DNA from: Oligoflexales bacterium
Lineage (GTDB): Bacteria; Bdellovibrionota_B; Oligoflexia; Oligoflexales; Bog-1112
DNA: 51,284 bases
NCBI GenBank assembly: GCA_045106415.1
Contig: JBGCEP010000033.1
Coordinates: 1 to 51,284 of the forward strand
Direction of reading: 5' to 3'
The position numbers were made by a program, and so were the translations under genes. The notes under the pieces are model-generated. The model did not search any database. It saw only the letters and a program-made list of their open reading frames with translations, and had not been told where the DNA came from. How positions within the stretch are numbered: the stretch's first letter is position 1; every line of letters begins with the position of its first letter. Below, piece by piece: positions 28,790-39,481 of this stretch.

Positions 28790-31216
28790 TTAGCGGGCCC
28801 ATTCAAAATCAGACGGAAACTCTGTTAATGTTTGGCGGCTCATCTCCAAATGGAAATCACCACTTTTTAGTTGTTCGTTCACAATATCTAGGTTTGATTG
28901 TTGAATCACATAATCACCTGTTGCTAGGCCATTCGCTACAAATTGGTGAGTTGCAACAAATTCTGGGGTCCCAAATGCAGAACCTTCTAGACTTAGGTTC
29001 CATACTTGATGATCCTCACTCAAAGGAATTCTTTCAACAGTTTTGACTGTTTGCCAAAAACCTTGCGCCCCTCGTATTTGATCTCCTTCACTCACTTGGT
29101 GAGCTCTGAAAAAGCCCTCAGGTGTTTCAAAAGGGTGGTTCCATGTCGCACTCACAGCTTTTCCTGTGTCAGTCATAATACGGTACATATCTCTTTCCTG
29201 TGGACCACTAATGACTTCTGAAACCTTTGACGATGTTTTTGTTGCAGGGTTGAACACTCTATCACCGACGTTCACCTCTGATATCATTCTCATCGTCCCA
29301 TCTGCCATCATCACTGGCGTGTCCGCTGTAAAGCATCCATTTAAGTTCCGGCACCTCACCGCACTGAGCTCCCGACGGCACATATCTCCTGTATTTCCAT
29401 CTTCTGCTCTAGCTTCAAGACGCTTACCTGAATTGTAATACCCCACGTAGAAGCACATATCCATTTTATTAATCGGAGGATTAAAACCTGGGGGGTTTTG
29501 GCCATTTGCCAACTCCTGCACCGCACAGTTCGCCTCCCAGACTCTTGTAATCATTCGTTCTTTCCATTCGCCTTGAGAGGTTTCTTCACCTTCAGCGAGC
29601 TCACCCTCGTCTTCAATAACGAGATCATTTTCTCCGACAACTGGCAGTGCATCACCGGCAACCTCCTCATCAACAGACTTCACTTCTTCTGACTTAGGAA
29701 ACCACTTCACCTCTCGCGTCATAACAGATCCCACAGAGACGTCATTAAAAGCATGAGGCATTTCCCTAAACCCTTGTGCCGACTCTGGATCAAAATCATG
29801 ATGCACTTCAGTATCTACAAAATTTTGAATGTCTTTATTCACAACAGTAAATCCTGCTGTCGTTTGATCAGAAGCCTTCCAGTCTGTGATCGTCATTTTT
29901 GTATTATTCACTTCCCATGTTCTTGCGCCGGAAGGATCTGTCACCAGGCGGCTTGGTGGTCCTATATACTGACAAGATCTCATACCCTTGTAGTAGTAGG
30001 TATCCAAAGCATAACTCAACCGCATACGAGCACAAAAGTCCGCTCCAGGACTACGAATAGATCTTGCACATGCAGCTTTAAGGTCTTCAGCATATGAAGG
30101 ATCGTCAAAAGGAGTGCCTGCTCTCCAGGGTCGAGCTTTTGCACCAACTCTACGAGAATTTTTTATTTCACTTCCCTGTAAGAACCCTTCAAACCGGAGA
30201 GGTGCGTCTCCTCCTGAAAGACCTCCTGCATTATTTGGTACTGAAATGTAAATAAAGTCAGAATCAGTCACAAGGTTTTCATCCATTTGTGAAAAAAGAT
30301 ATCCATCGATTCCTTGGACTCCGTCAAATGGATTGACTCGCCCTGGTCCAAAGGCTTGATTTAAAAACTGGATCATTTGCGTGGGACGTTCTTCATCCTC
30401 AGTGTATAAGATGGAACGTTCTTGAAGCCCCATCGGAAGAACGCCTCGTGGAATTCTATAATCAGAAATATAATTAGGATTAGGCATCAATTTAGGTATA
30501 AGAGAGTCTCCTTCTCCTCTCGTAAACATCACATCACCAGCACGGTTTTTGACCGGCATCATATAGGGGCAGTGATCCGTCTGACAAAACTCTCCATCAA
30601 AATTTTCATTACACTGAACGCTCGCAGCAGGAAGAGTCAGGCGAGCAGATCGAATCAGTTTTCTCCCGACCCCAGATTCGCTTACCGCATCAACAAGTAG
30701 ATAGCCACTTGCACGGGCGTTTGTGACATTTTCTGGATCGATCAATGATGTTGGAACAATCGTTGTCGTCACAAAGGCATCACTTTGACAGTTCACTTCT
30801 GATAACCACTCCGTTCCTTTATCGTCACCAAACACTTCAGCTGGCTGCACACCCATACTTGAAGAAATACAGTTTTGCACAATAAAAGCCCCTGTCCCGT
30901 CAAGGGACCATGATCCTATTGTCGACGATGGAGAAACATCAATATTAGCGCCATCAAGTCCTGTTCCTAAAACAAACTGACTTACAGAGTCATCTGGCTT
31001 TAAAACAGTTGCACCTAAAAGTTGTGACAATTGTTCAAGGGCGCTCTCATTGGCGCCTTGCATATGAAGAGTATCTGCAGCCATTTCAGAAAGCTGTTTA
31101 TTCCCATCAGCGACAAAGCGGGCTCCTTCAATCAGAGTCAAACCTGCGACTGCTATTGCGCTGGCCATAATAATGGGACTTGCGCCTTTTTGCCATTTTT
31201 TTCGCTGTGAGTTCAC
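28790..31216 (-). CDS. PilX-like prepilin N-terminus, large Cys-containing domain and C-terminal Hint domain
   Basis: GGAGG RBS and GTG at 31216; KKWQKG|ASPIIMASAIAVAGL...GANESAL; Hint blocks GCFTADTPVMMADG, ATWNHPF, VWNLSL, HQFVANGLATGD. Confidence 0.8.
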   Translation of the reverse strand: MNSQRKKWQKGASPIIMASAIAVAGLTLIEGARFVADGNKQLSEMAADTLHMQGANESALEQLSQLLGATVLKPDDSVSQFVLGTGLDGANIDVSPSSTIGSWSLDGTGAFIVQNCISSSMGVQPAEVFGDDKGTEWLSEVNCQSDAFVTTTIVPTSLIDPENVTNARASGYLLVDAVSESGVGRKLIRSARLTLPAASVQCNENFDGEFCQTDHCPYMMPVKNRAGDVMFTRGEGDSLIPKLMPNPNYISDYRIPRGVLPMGLQERSILYTEDEERPTQMIQFLNQAFGPGRVNPFDGVQGIDGYLFSQMDENLVTDSDFIYISVPNNAGGLSGGDAPLRFEGFLQGSEIKNSRRVGAKARPWRAGTPFDDPSYAEDLKAACARSIRSPGADFCARMRLSYALDTYYYKGMRSCQYIGPPSRLVTDPSGARTWEVNNTKMTITDWKASDQTTAGFTVVNKDIQNFVDTEVHHDFDPESAQGFREMPHAFNDVSVGSVMTREVKWFPKSEEVKSVDEEVAGDALPVVGENDLVIEDEGELAEGEETSQGEWKERMITRVWEANCAVQELANGQNPPGFNPPINKMDMCFYVGYYNSGKRLEARAEDGNTGDMCRRELSAVRCRNLNGCFTADTPVMMADGTMRMISEVNVGDRVFNPATKTSSKVSEVISGPQERDMYRIMTDTGKAVSATWNHPFETPEGFFRAHQVSEGDQIRGAQGFWQTVKTVERIPLSEDHQVWNLSLEGSAFGTPEFVATHQFVANGLATGDYVIQQSNLDIVNEQLKSGDFHLEMSRQTLTEFPSDFEWAR

Positions 31217-31256
31217 GATCTTTCCTCCAGACACCTTGGTTCTCCGAACATGTAAC

Positions 31257-31283
31257 ATTTCGGACTCAGGGCTGGAAATGTTG
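31257..31283 (-). promoter_or_regulatory. sigma28-like promoter of the pilin-Hint gene
   Basis: CAAC-N15-TCCGAAAT. Confidence 0.4.
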
Positions 31284-31373
31284 ACTTTTCTTTGTAAGAA
31301 GCTGTTTTTAAAAGAAAGAACAGATTTTGATTTTTTTTTTAATGTCGCTATCTTTAAAAAAAAGTCATTTTTT

Positions 31374-32594
31374 TTATATTTGCGCTTTTAAAGGTTCATC
31401 TGCTTGATTTTCTTGAATCGAGGGATGAAGCTCTTCCACCATAGGGACTGTGGGAATGACATTAAATGTTGTTTGATCTTCTAGAGGAATATTTGCTTTG
31501 ACTGTCAATGCATAAATACCAATCACAGAAAGAAGAAGACTATAAACCAAAAGAGTGACAACAGTATAATCACTAACAACATACTTTAACAACGGTGTCA
31601 CAACAGGCCCTAAAACAGAACCAACCCCATATGAAAACAAAAGAAGTCCTGTCATTTTAACAAGATCCTTCTGCTCAACGCAGTCACAGCCAAGAGCCAT
31701 TGAAATTGGGTAGATTGCAAAACAAAAGCCACCCAAAAAGAAACTCACAACAGATATAGCACTTGCACCTTCTACGGAAAGAAGAACAAAACAAGAACAT
31801 GCAGACACGAGAGATAAGCCAGTCAGTATCTTCCTACGTTCAATTTGGTCGGAAAGCTTCCCTAAGGGGAGTTGGAGGACAGCACCTCCTGCAACCATAA
31901 AAAACATAAGAACACCTGGACTAAGGCCTTTTTCTTCAAAATAAATTGGCATAAATGAATAAAACGTACTCAACATCATCCCAGCAACAAAACATCCTGT
32001 TACCCCTAGTGGGGTGAGCTTAAAAAACTTCAAAAATGATCCTGGCTCAACCATAGAAAAATCAGGCCCATTCTTTTTTCCCACACTCACAGGAACAGCT
32101 GCAAGACTCACACAAAAAGCAGAGACCATATAAGCAAACATATAACGGCCTTCATAAAAGAAAGGTAAAAGCAATTGACTCACAGACTGCGATGAGTAAA
32201 GAGCTGCCGTATAAATAGCCATAGCATAGCCTCTTTCTTTAACAGAGTATTCTGCGAGTAGCCAACTTTCAAAGCAGACGTAAGAACATCCAACACAACC
32301 TCCTGCAAAAAAACGGAATAAAAACCAGTACTGTACAGGAATAAGACTTAAAACGAGTGTGCTAGCACTTAGAAGGCCACAAGTTGCAGTCAAAGTTCGA
32401 ATATGACCAATTCTTGCTATCAGTTTCTCAGATAAAAGAGAGCTACACAAAAGTCCAAGATAAAAACACGATTGAACAAACCCGATATCCATATCACTTA
32501 GCTGAAGATTTTTAAAATACAACGAAATGAAAGACATGAAAAAACCACTACCAATCACCATAAACACAAGACTAATAATTGGAGTAGCAGCCAT
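31374..32594 (-). CDS. MFS transporter (YcaD-like)
   Basis: IARIGHIR, FESWL, PLGVTGC, QLPLGKLSDQIERR, YGVGSVLGP. Confidence 0.88.
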   Translation of the reverse strand: MAATPIISLVFMVIGSGFFMSFISLYFKNLQLSDMDIGFVQSCFYLGLLCSSLLSEKLIARIGHIRTLTATCGLLSASTLVLSLIPVQYWFLFRFFAGGCVGCSYVCFESWLLAEYSVKERGYAMAIYTAALYSSQSVSQLLLPFFYEGRYMFAYMVSAFCVSLAAVPVSVGKKNGPDFSMVEPGSFLKFFKLTPLGVTGCFVAGMMLSTFYSFMPIYFEEKGLSPGVLMFFMVAGGAVLQLPLGKLSDQIERRKILTGLSLVSACSCFVLLSVEGASAISVVSFFLGGFCFAIYPISMALGCDCVEQKDLVKMTGLLLFSYGVGSVLGPVVTPLLKYVVSDYTVVTLLVYSLLLSVIGIYALTVKANIPLEDQTTFNVIPTVPMVEELHPSIQENQADEPLKAQI

Positions 32595-32768
32595 CGTTCA
32601 TTCTCTCGTTTTGTTATGTTGGAATGGAAAAAAATAGGAATCTAAGGTGAAAACATTTCCCTAAATATCACTTCTTATTTTCGCCAGACTCACTTGTTTT
32701 GTAAATACTCACACACAAATTTATTTCATATGAGCTACAATCTATTTAAACAAACCTGAGAGGACTAT

Positions 32769-33353
32769 ATGAAGAAAATATTATTTTTTGCTCTTTTATT
32801 TCTGCAAACACATTCTTACGGCGCAGCTTGTTTCTACAAAATGGAAACACCAAAACTCACATGGTCAGGCTATAAATTCATGAGTAAATTTGCTGTGAAT
32901 GGAACCTTCGACAACATCACCTTAGTTCATTCTCAAAAGCCTGAAAACGACATGGACGCTTTTCTAAAAAGTATTCTTTTCGATATCGATGTTGCTTCGT
33001 TAAACTCTGGAATGGATATTCGGGATAAAAAACTTGTTCTTTATCTTTTTGGAGGTTTAAAGAATCCTGGTCATATTCGAGGTCGTATTAAATCATCCGA
33101 TATTCATCACGGAACAGGACTGGCAGAAATCTCTCTAAACGGTGTGCGCAAGGATGTTGTCTTTTCAGTGTCTCAAGACGGATCTTCTATGAGCTGGAAA
33201 GGTAAAATTGATATGCTTGATTTTAAAATGAACGATGCTTTCAAATCGATTCATACCGCTTGTAAAGAGCTGCATACGGGTCCTGATGGGAAAAGCAAGA
33301 CATGGTCTGAGGTTGGGTTAGAAATTACAACAAAAATAACTAAAAAGTGTTAG
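32769..33353 (+). CDS. YceI-like lipid/polyisoprenoid-binding protein
   Basis: Signal peptide; LTWSGYK, VNGTF, IDVASLNSG...RDKKL, ISLNGVRK. Confidence 0.75.
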   Translation: MKKILFFALLFLQTHSYGAACFYKMETPKLTWSGYKFMSKFAVNGTFDNITLVHSQKPENDMDAFLKSILFDIDVASLNSGMDIRDKKLVLYLFGGLKNPGHIRGRIKSSDIHHGTGLAEISLNGVRKDVVFSVSQDGSSMSWKGKIDMLDFKMNDAFKSIHTACKELHTGPDGKSKTWSEVGLEITTKITKKC

Positions 33354-33375
33354 AAAACACCTGCGGGCAGAGAAC

Positions 33376-36300
33376 TTATGGCCCGCAGGAAGCTCCTGAA
33401 TAATCCGCTTCTTTTTCTTCACATTGACTCAAGACATCCGCATCAGAGGGAACAGAGTTATACAGTCGCATCATTCCATACTCTGCTGCACAGCCTCCAG
33501 CAAATTTTCCTATTTTTAAGGTCGAGATAATCCCAGAAGTGATTGTTCCACCTGTCATGATGGCATCCCCAACCTTAACTCCATCAAGATACAGCTTTGC
33601 TGCCCCACCTGTCTGAGTATGCGAAGATAAAACAATATGGTGCCACTGGCCGTCATCAATATCACTTCCCATCTGAAAAGGCAGATAATCACCTGTCATT
33701 TTAATTTCACCAACACCTCCGAGAGACAACTTGTTGTGACGTCCAGAGATCGAACCATCTTCCCACTTCACAAGATCACACGAACTTGTTCCTCCTGCGA
33801 CTTTCACCCATGCCTCAAGGGACAGTTTCTGTGCAGTCATTGCTTTCACAGTATGAGTGATAAAACTATCTGTAAATTTAAACCGATATGGATCACCAGC
33901 ACTGCCATCTCCAAGCCAAGTATCGTTGCTTATATTACAGCCTCCGCCTGCACTAATAGACCCGTCAAGGTCACTCATCAGATCTGACCAAACAGGCAAA
34001 CCTGCACACGACGCCACACCTGTCATATCCTTAAAACCGATTCTTCTATTGTTTGCGGCATCTAAATACACCATGAGTCCGCTGTTTTCTCCTTGGTTAC
34101 TTACTGGGTGTGTTCGATAGATATTTGCAATATCATTAAAAAGGGTAGATTGAGACGATTGGTAAAGAGAAGATCTTGCCACAGCAAAAAGAGCAATGTG
34201 CCCATGAAAGTCTTTTGAACCTGACACAAGTTGCCCTAACCGACCCTCCATTGTATCATCAACAGCCCAACCACTGGCATCATATGATGAGTTAACCTTA
34301 ATGGCTCCATTTACATAAACATCAAGCATGCCACCTGAGGATATAGCAATACTATAATAAACAGGATTTCCACCAAACTGAAAACCTAAAGATTTTGTCG
34401 TTACACCTAAGTCTAAAACAACATCATTATCAGTTTTTTGAATCAACTCAATCTTACGAGTTGTGTCTTTTCCATGATAAGAAAAGAGTACGCGATCCTG
34501 AGCTGGAGTCCCTGCTTCCATTTGCGCTAAAATCACAAAACTAATCCCAGAATCGTAAGCATCTTTTTCCAAATCAGGAAGACTCACAAAACTGCCACCT
34601 TTAAAAGCAAGAGTTTTTCCGTTAAGAGCATCACTTCTCCAGCCTTCACCACTTTGTGTAAAACCGGCAAGAGAAGCTCCTTTGCCACCTTCTGAAAACG
34701 AGTGTGGGACAGAAGCCCACGTTGTTATAGCTGGACTTCCGCCTGAGGTTGTATCTCCATCAAATCCTCGATCATAACGAGAAGCTTGAAAAAAATCTTC
34801 CCATTGAACACCACTGTTATGACCTGGGATAGGAAGAAGAAAATTTGATGGAACAAGCCCACCTGTGTAGTCTTGAAGTTTAATCTCAAAATCAACAGCT
34901 CCATCCCCTTGAAAATCAAGTTTTACAAAAGTATCCGAACCGGTCACCTCAGCAATCAATTGGCCAACCTCACCCTGCATTGTCGCGCCATTTTCAAGAT
35001 TTAAAGAAACATCGGAAAAACCTCTGAAATCTAGAATATCACCTTCTGCCGGGTTAAAATCAGTAATAGTGTCCGTTTTATCAGCAAGCGAATAAGACAT
35101 CTCCGACCAGGAGAAGACATCTGCACCTGACCCACCGGTAAGGATATCTGCGGAAAATGTTAAATCACGAATCTCAAGCCCAGCTCTATATGCCAAATAG
35201 CGTTCAACATGCTCTCTTTCAAGACCATTTAAGGCTTCATCATAGAATAAAAATTCACTTACAGATGCGTTTGTCCCAGTATTACTTGCATAACCGTGGC
35301 CAATACGAACAGCTGACCAATCTGAAAGAGGTGAACCAGAGGATGATGAAACAGAGTGACCATCAACATAGAGCGTTTGTGTTCCAGCATCATCAACCTT
35401 CAGTACAAACATATGAAATTTACCATCTGCTACCACTGATGATTGGAGCTGTGTTGTGTTTGGTATCAAAGACGTTGAAATAACTCGAACGCGACCATCT
35501 CCTGTCACCTCTAAACCGACAACGTCACTTGAATCTCCAGCAGAAAACAAAGTCCCTGCACTTGCTTGAATTCTCGCTAAAATAGCCAGCGTAAACCCAC
35601 CACTTAATTGATTCGGTAAAGTTCCATCGAACCCTACATCTCCCGCCCCGGAAAAAGCAACAGCACCACGTCCTGATCTATCAATTGTCACCATAGAGTA
35701 GCGGTTCAAAGTCACCCCATTCTCCGACATTGAGTGCCAATTAGGGTATGAGTCGACATCAGAAGGTCCCCCCTTATCAACAACATACCAACCCACAGGA
35801 TCTGACTGTGAAGAGTCATTTCCATGAAGACTTGATATCCTTATTTCAGAATCCGCTAAAATTTCATCAGATTGGTTCGTTCCTGTAATTGTATCTCCCC
35901 CAAATCCACCATAAAATTGGTCATCATTTGAGTTTGTTTCTGTGAGTGTATCGTCTCCATCTGTGGAAATAAGACCAACTCTTGCCGTTAAATTGAAAAC
36001 ATCGCCATTAGCATCTGTAATTTTATAGTCAAAAGCCTCATACTCTTGGCTATGAGTATGGTTTTCATCAGGGACCCAGCGCCAATAAACATTGTCGCCA
36101 ATCGGATCACCTGGATTTATATTTTCAGGCGTAAACTGATTCGCTTCAGACAAAGCATGAAGCTGGCCACTTTTAATACTTACTAATTCCACGGTAATTG
36201 GCTTTGCGAATGGAGCAAAGCCTGGAAATTCCCCCTCATCATTGGTGTACCGAAAATAATATGCAGGGCCTTTATCTTGCGACTCTGAAAACCAGTCAAT

Positions 36301-39282
36301 AATAGGTGTCTGTGCTTGGTTTTCATTGTTTGTTGTGCGATTTAATGTAAAAGATTTTGATGGCGGTGTTGAATAATTGAACTGAAAAGACTCTGTACGT
36401 GACCCTAGGCAGACATACCATGTCCCGTTTGGCACAACATCAGGAATTGTATAGTCCATACTTAATTGTGTATTCGGGATATTTTCATCTTCATGAACAG
36501 TGTTCTGGCAACCTTCATCACTTGCGACTTTAAGGCTATAAAAATTTGCATTTGTTGAAGCAGTCCAAGTCAATGACAACGTTGAATCTGTCACGGTATT
36601 CGACAAAGAAGAAAAGTTAAAATCTCCTAAAATCACATTCGAATTCGAAAAGAATTCAAGTTCACATAAATTTTCTTGTGAAGCTAAAGGATACCAGTTT
36701 ACATTCACATCATTTTTAATTCTAGGCTTTGGGCACAAAGATCCTGCCTGTTTTTGGCACAAAACAACACTATTGTCCCCGGGCAACAACGGATAAAAAG
36801 CATCATCACTGATTTGATCTCCGTAAGAGTCGTGGCAACTCTCAAAAGCTCCCCCGGAAAGGGCTGTCGACAAAGATTCTGCCTCATTGGCTTTTTGTGA
36901 TATTTCTGTTGTGAGCTGATCAAGCTCCGCTGTGCTGAGTTCACTCGATACGTTCTCACGTATTGCTGTATTCAATTGAGTTTCAAGGTCCCCAAGACCA
37001 CCATCATTTTGAGCAGCACCTTCTAGGATCGCACCAGCTAAGTCTGCAGATGCATTTCCAAAATCAACCACAGTTCCACCGCTTTTGATGTCTTTTAAAC
37101 CATCAAGAGCTCCTTTTGACACCTCGCTTGCAAAATCGTTTAAAGATGCAACTGACTCTCCACCTGTTGCAAATTCTTGGCTCGCCGTTGTAAAACCTTC
37201 CATAGAGCCTCTTGCAACTTTCGATGCCATCGCTTGAATATTCGTAGCATCAATCTGAGCACCAGCAACTTTCACCTGAGAGAGTTGTTGGATACTTGTT
37301 TTTGTCACAGCAGAAGCGATTGAACTCATATCTGAAGCTGAAACACCAGCTTTTTTAAGACCTCCAGTTGCCCCACGAGCAATTCCCTGAACCGCTGACT
37401 GAACTGCGGTTGAATCAGACATTTCAGCGCCATCAAGACCTTGCACCGCACCAGATACGATCCCTTGAATCATAGCTGAAGAAGATGCCGTTGAACCCTT
37501 CGCAGTCGAACGCTCACCAACGGCTTCCATTGTTTTACCCACAATGTCTGACATCGCAAGTGCAATGTCGGAGTCACTCATGCCAGCGTTATCTAAATTA
37601 CCCATCGTTCCGGCCATCACGTTAGAGACATAACTTGCTGAAGAGTCATTCTCAAAACCTTTGACCGCACCAGCTGCAATAGCACCTGCACCTGAACTCA
37701 GATCACTTTCAGAAAAACCTGCAGTTTTCATTGAACCGACCATACCACCAGTCACAGCCTGGAGTTGGCTTCCTAAGTCTATCGTTCCATCGTTTTGAGC
37801 TTCAAGAGCTTTAACAGCACCTTGTGCCACACGTGACGCAGCCCCGGCTAAATCAACTGTTTCACTGCCTTCTTTCGCATCAAAACCTGATTTTAAAGTA
37901 CTCAATCCTGCCATAGACGCTGAGGCCATAGCTGCTGCAAAAGTTGTATCCCCACTGGGAGCGATGGATGAAAGCGAAGACATTGCTCCTTCTGTAACAA
38001 GGCCAATCGCCTCCGTTAAATTTGACGAAGCTGATCCGTTTGCATCCTTGAGATCAAGACTACTCAAACCAGCAATAGATCCTTGTACACAACCCCCAGC
38101 GGCTTTTGCCGCTTCTGCATCTGAAATCCCGGAGTCCTTTAAACCACCAATCGCACCTGCTGCAACAGAAGAAGCAAGGCTCGACACGCTCTGTGCATCT
38201 CCACCCACATTAGATAAACCTGTCATTGCTCCTGCTGCGATAGATTGTGCAACAGCTGAGATATCACCACTGCCAACATCTTTAATCCCTGAAACAGCAC
38301 CCTCCGTCACCGCTTTAGTAATCGACGAGAGCTCTCGGCCTGAAGATTGACTTAACCCTCCTACAGCACCCTCTGTCACCGATGACGCTAGAGCAGCCTT
38401 AGCTGAATCCCCTTGAGCCGAAGATGCTGCAATACCTTTAACAGCACCTTTTGCAATACTCTTCACCATTTGAGCCATTTTCGCATCGTCAACATTTGAT
38501 GATGCAGAAAGTGCTGAAACCGCACCCTGAGTTAACGACTTAGCAACATCACCCAGTTTGTCGTCACTCACACCTGCACGACCGATTGCAGCAACAGCAC
38601 CAGTAGCAACCGATTGAGCCACACTCACAAGAACACTTGTATCGAGCGATGACTGGCGACCTAAAGACTGCATTGCTCCTTGTGTAACAGCAGCAGCGCC
38701 ACTTGCAGCATCATCACCAAAGCCAGCATCATCAAGTGAAGACACTGCCTGACCGACCATCGTCTGAGCTAGAGCTGCTAAACCATCGGAAGAAGAGCGT
38801 CCGGGCGCTGTCACAGAATCAATTGAAGAATCTAAAATTTTTGAGGTAAACGAAGAACGCAACTCAAGATCACTCAATGCTGCATCAGGAGAGTTCAGCC
38901 CTCCCACCGCGCCTTTAACAATAAGAGATGCCACATCTATTGCTTTTGTAATCACAACATCCTGGTCGTCTTCAGCTAGGTGAAGACCAATCGCCAAAGT
39001 CCCTGCTTTCATAGACTTCGTTGCCGAGGTTGTAATAGCGTTCGCCTGAACCAGGTCCATCCCTCCCGAAACAAGATCTTCTTGAAGCTCTTGAATCATC
39101 GTGGTTCCTAATGCCAGAGAGTCGGCTCGGAGTTGACTATCTCCCTCAGAACTAGAGGTGTTTAGAGCCGATATCACAGGGCTTTTTAATGTTGCAATTG
39201 CATCACCACCAAAAGGAGCATCACAAGAAGAGATCGTAAAAGCAAAACTCAGACTCAAAAAACGTACATTCAGAAGCTTCAT
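33376..39282 (-). CDS. Giant surface lipoprotein/adhesin: Gly-Ala-Ser helical repeats, FN3/Ig-like domains, RTX-like repeats, three LamG-like domains
   Basis: Lipobox TISSC; repeats such as VAQSIAAGAMTGL; LSLTWTAS; GGFGGDTITG and LTGGSGADVF...DTITDFNPAEGDILD; DGKFHMFV..LYVDG and DGQWHHIV..LYLDG. Confidence 0.8.
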   Translation of the reverse strand: MKLLNVRFLSLSFAFTISSCDAPFGGDAIATLKSPVISALNTSSSEGDSQLRADSLALGTTMIQELQEDLVSGGMDLVQANAITTSATKSMKAGTLAIGLHLAEDDQDVVITKAIDVASLIVKGAVGGLNSPDAALSDLELRSSFTSKILDSSIDSVTAPGRSSSDGLAALAQTMVGQAVSSLDDAGFGDDAASGAAAVTQGAMQSLGRQSSLDTSVLVSVAQSVATGAVAAIGRAGVSDDKLGDVAKSLTQGAVSALSASSNVDDAKMAQMVKSIAKGAVKGIAASSAQGDSAKAALASSVTEGAVGGLSQSSGRELSSITKAVTEGAVSGIKDVGSGDISAVAQSIAAGAMTGLSNVGGDAQSVSSLASSVAAGAIGGLKDSGISDAEAAKAAGGCVQGSIAGLSSLDLKDANGSASSNLTEAIGLVTEGAMSSLSSIAPSGDTTFAAAMASASMAGLSTLKSGFDAKEGSETVDLAGAASRVAQGAVKALEAQNDGTIDLGSQLQAVTGGMVGSMKTAGFSESDLSSGAGAIAAGAVKGFENDSSASYVSNVMAGTMGNLDNAGMSDSDIALAMSDIVGKTMEAVGERSTAKGSTASSSAMIQGIVSGAVQGLDGAEMSDSTAVQSAVQGIARGATGGLKKAGVSASDMSSIASAVTKTSIQQLSQVKVAGAQIDATNIQAMASKVARGSMEGFTTASQEFATGGESVASLNDFASEVSKGALDGLKDIKSGGTVVDFGNASADLAGAILEGAAQNDGGLGDLETQLNTAIRENVSSELSTAELDQLTTEISQKANEAESLSTALSGGAFESCHDSYGDQISDDAFYPLLPGDNSVVLCQKQAGSLCPKPRIKNDVNVNWYPLASQENLCELEFFSNSNVILGDFNFSSLSNTVTDSTLSLTWTASTNANFYSLKVASDEGCQNTVHEDENIPNTQLSMDYTIPDVVPNGTWYVCLGSRTESFQFNYSTPPSKSFTLNRTTNNENQAQTPIIDWFSESQDKGPAYYFRYTNDEGEFPGFAPFAKPITVELVSIKSGQLHALSEANQFTPENINPGDPIGDNVYWRWVPDENHTHSQEYEAFDYKITDANGDVFNLTARVGLISTDGDDTLTETNSNDDQFYGGFGGDTITGTNQSDEILADSEIRISSLHGNDSSQSDPVGWYVVDKGGPSDVDSYPNWHSMSENGVTLNRYSMVTIDRSGRGAVAFSGAGDVGFDGTLPNQLSGGFTLAILARIQASAGTLFSAGDSSDVVGLEVTGDGRVRVISTSLIPNTTQLQSSVVADGKFHMFVLKVDDAGTQTLYVDGHSVSSSSGSPLSDWSAVRIGHGYASNTGTNASVSEFLFYDEALNGLEREHVERYLAYRAGLEIRDLTFSADILTGGSGADVFSWSEMSYSLADKTDTITDFNPAEGDILDFRGFSDVSLNLENGATMQGEVGQLIAEVTGSDTFVKLDFQGDGAVDFEIKLQDYTGGLVPSNFLLPIPGHNSGVQWEDFFQASRYDRGFDGDTTSGGSPAITTWASVPHSFSEGGKGASLAGFTQSGEGWRSDALNGKTLAFKGGSFVSLPDLEKDAYDSGISFVILAQMEAGTPAQDRVLFSYHGKDTTRKIELIQKTDNDVVLDLGVTTKSLGFQFGGNPVYYSIAISSGGMLDVYVNGAIKVNSSYDASGWAVDDTMEGRLGQLVSGSKDFHGHIALFAVARSSLYQSSQSTLFNDIANIYRTHPVSNQGENSGLMVYLDAANNRRIGFKDMTGVASCAGLPVWSDLMSDLDGSISAGGGCNISNDTWLGDGSAGDPYRFKFTDSFITHTVKAMTAQKLSLEAWVKVAGGTSSCDLVKWEDGSISGRHNKLSLGGVGEIKMTGDYLPFQMGSDIDDGQWHHIVLSSHTQTGGAAKLYLDGVKVGDAIMTGGTITSGIISTLKIGKFAGGCAAEYGMMRLYNSVPSDADVLSQCEEKEADYSGASCGP

Positions 39283-39317
39283 ATCATTTCCCTTGACTCA
39301 AACAAGAACGTATAAAG

Positions 39318-39344
39318 TCATCGGTATATTTAAAAAAACATGAA
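39318..39344 (-). promoter_or_regulatory. sigma28-like promoter of the giant lipoprotein
   Basis: TTCA-N15-ACCGATGA. Confidence 0.5.
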
Positions 39345-39481
39345 GAAAATATTTTTTCTCATGTTGTTACAACGAGTTAAACAAATAACTATCAAAATGG
39401 AGTTAAAAACATCACGACATAAGACACAATAGGAACCAACAGTAAGAAAAAATGGATTTATTGCATAATGCATTATGGCGC

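Noticed and set aside
28790..29340. Hint domain as a true intein or homing element
   Set aside because: No terminal His-Asn plus nucleophile, no endonuclease domain, and no conserved host protein split around it
37964..38350. Pro/Ala-rich ORF and other short ORFs inside long genes
   Set aside because: Antisense or off-frame shadows of well-supported genes
36900..38900. Repeat region as a CRISPR array or DNA tandem repeat
   Set aside because: Repeats are degenerate and visible only at protein level; no identical repeats with spacers and no cas genes
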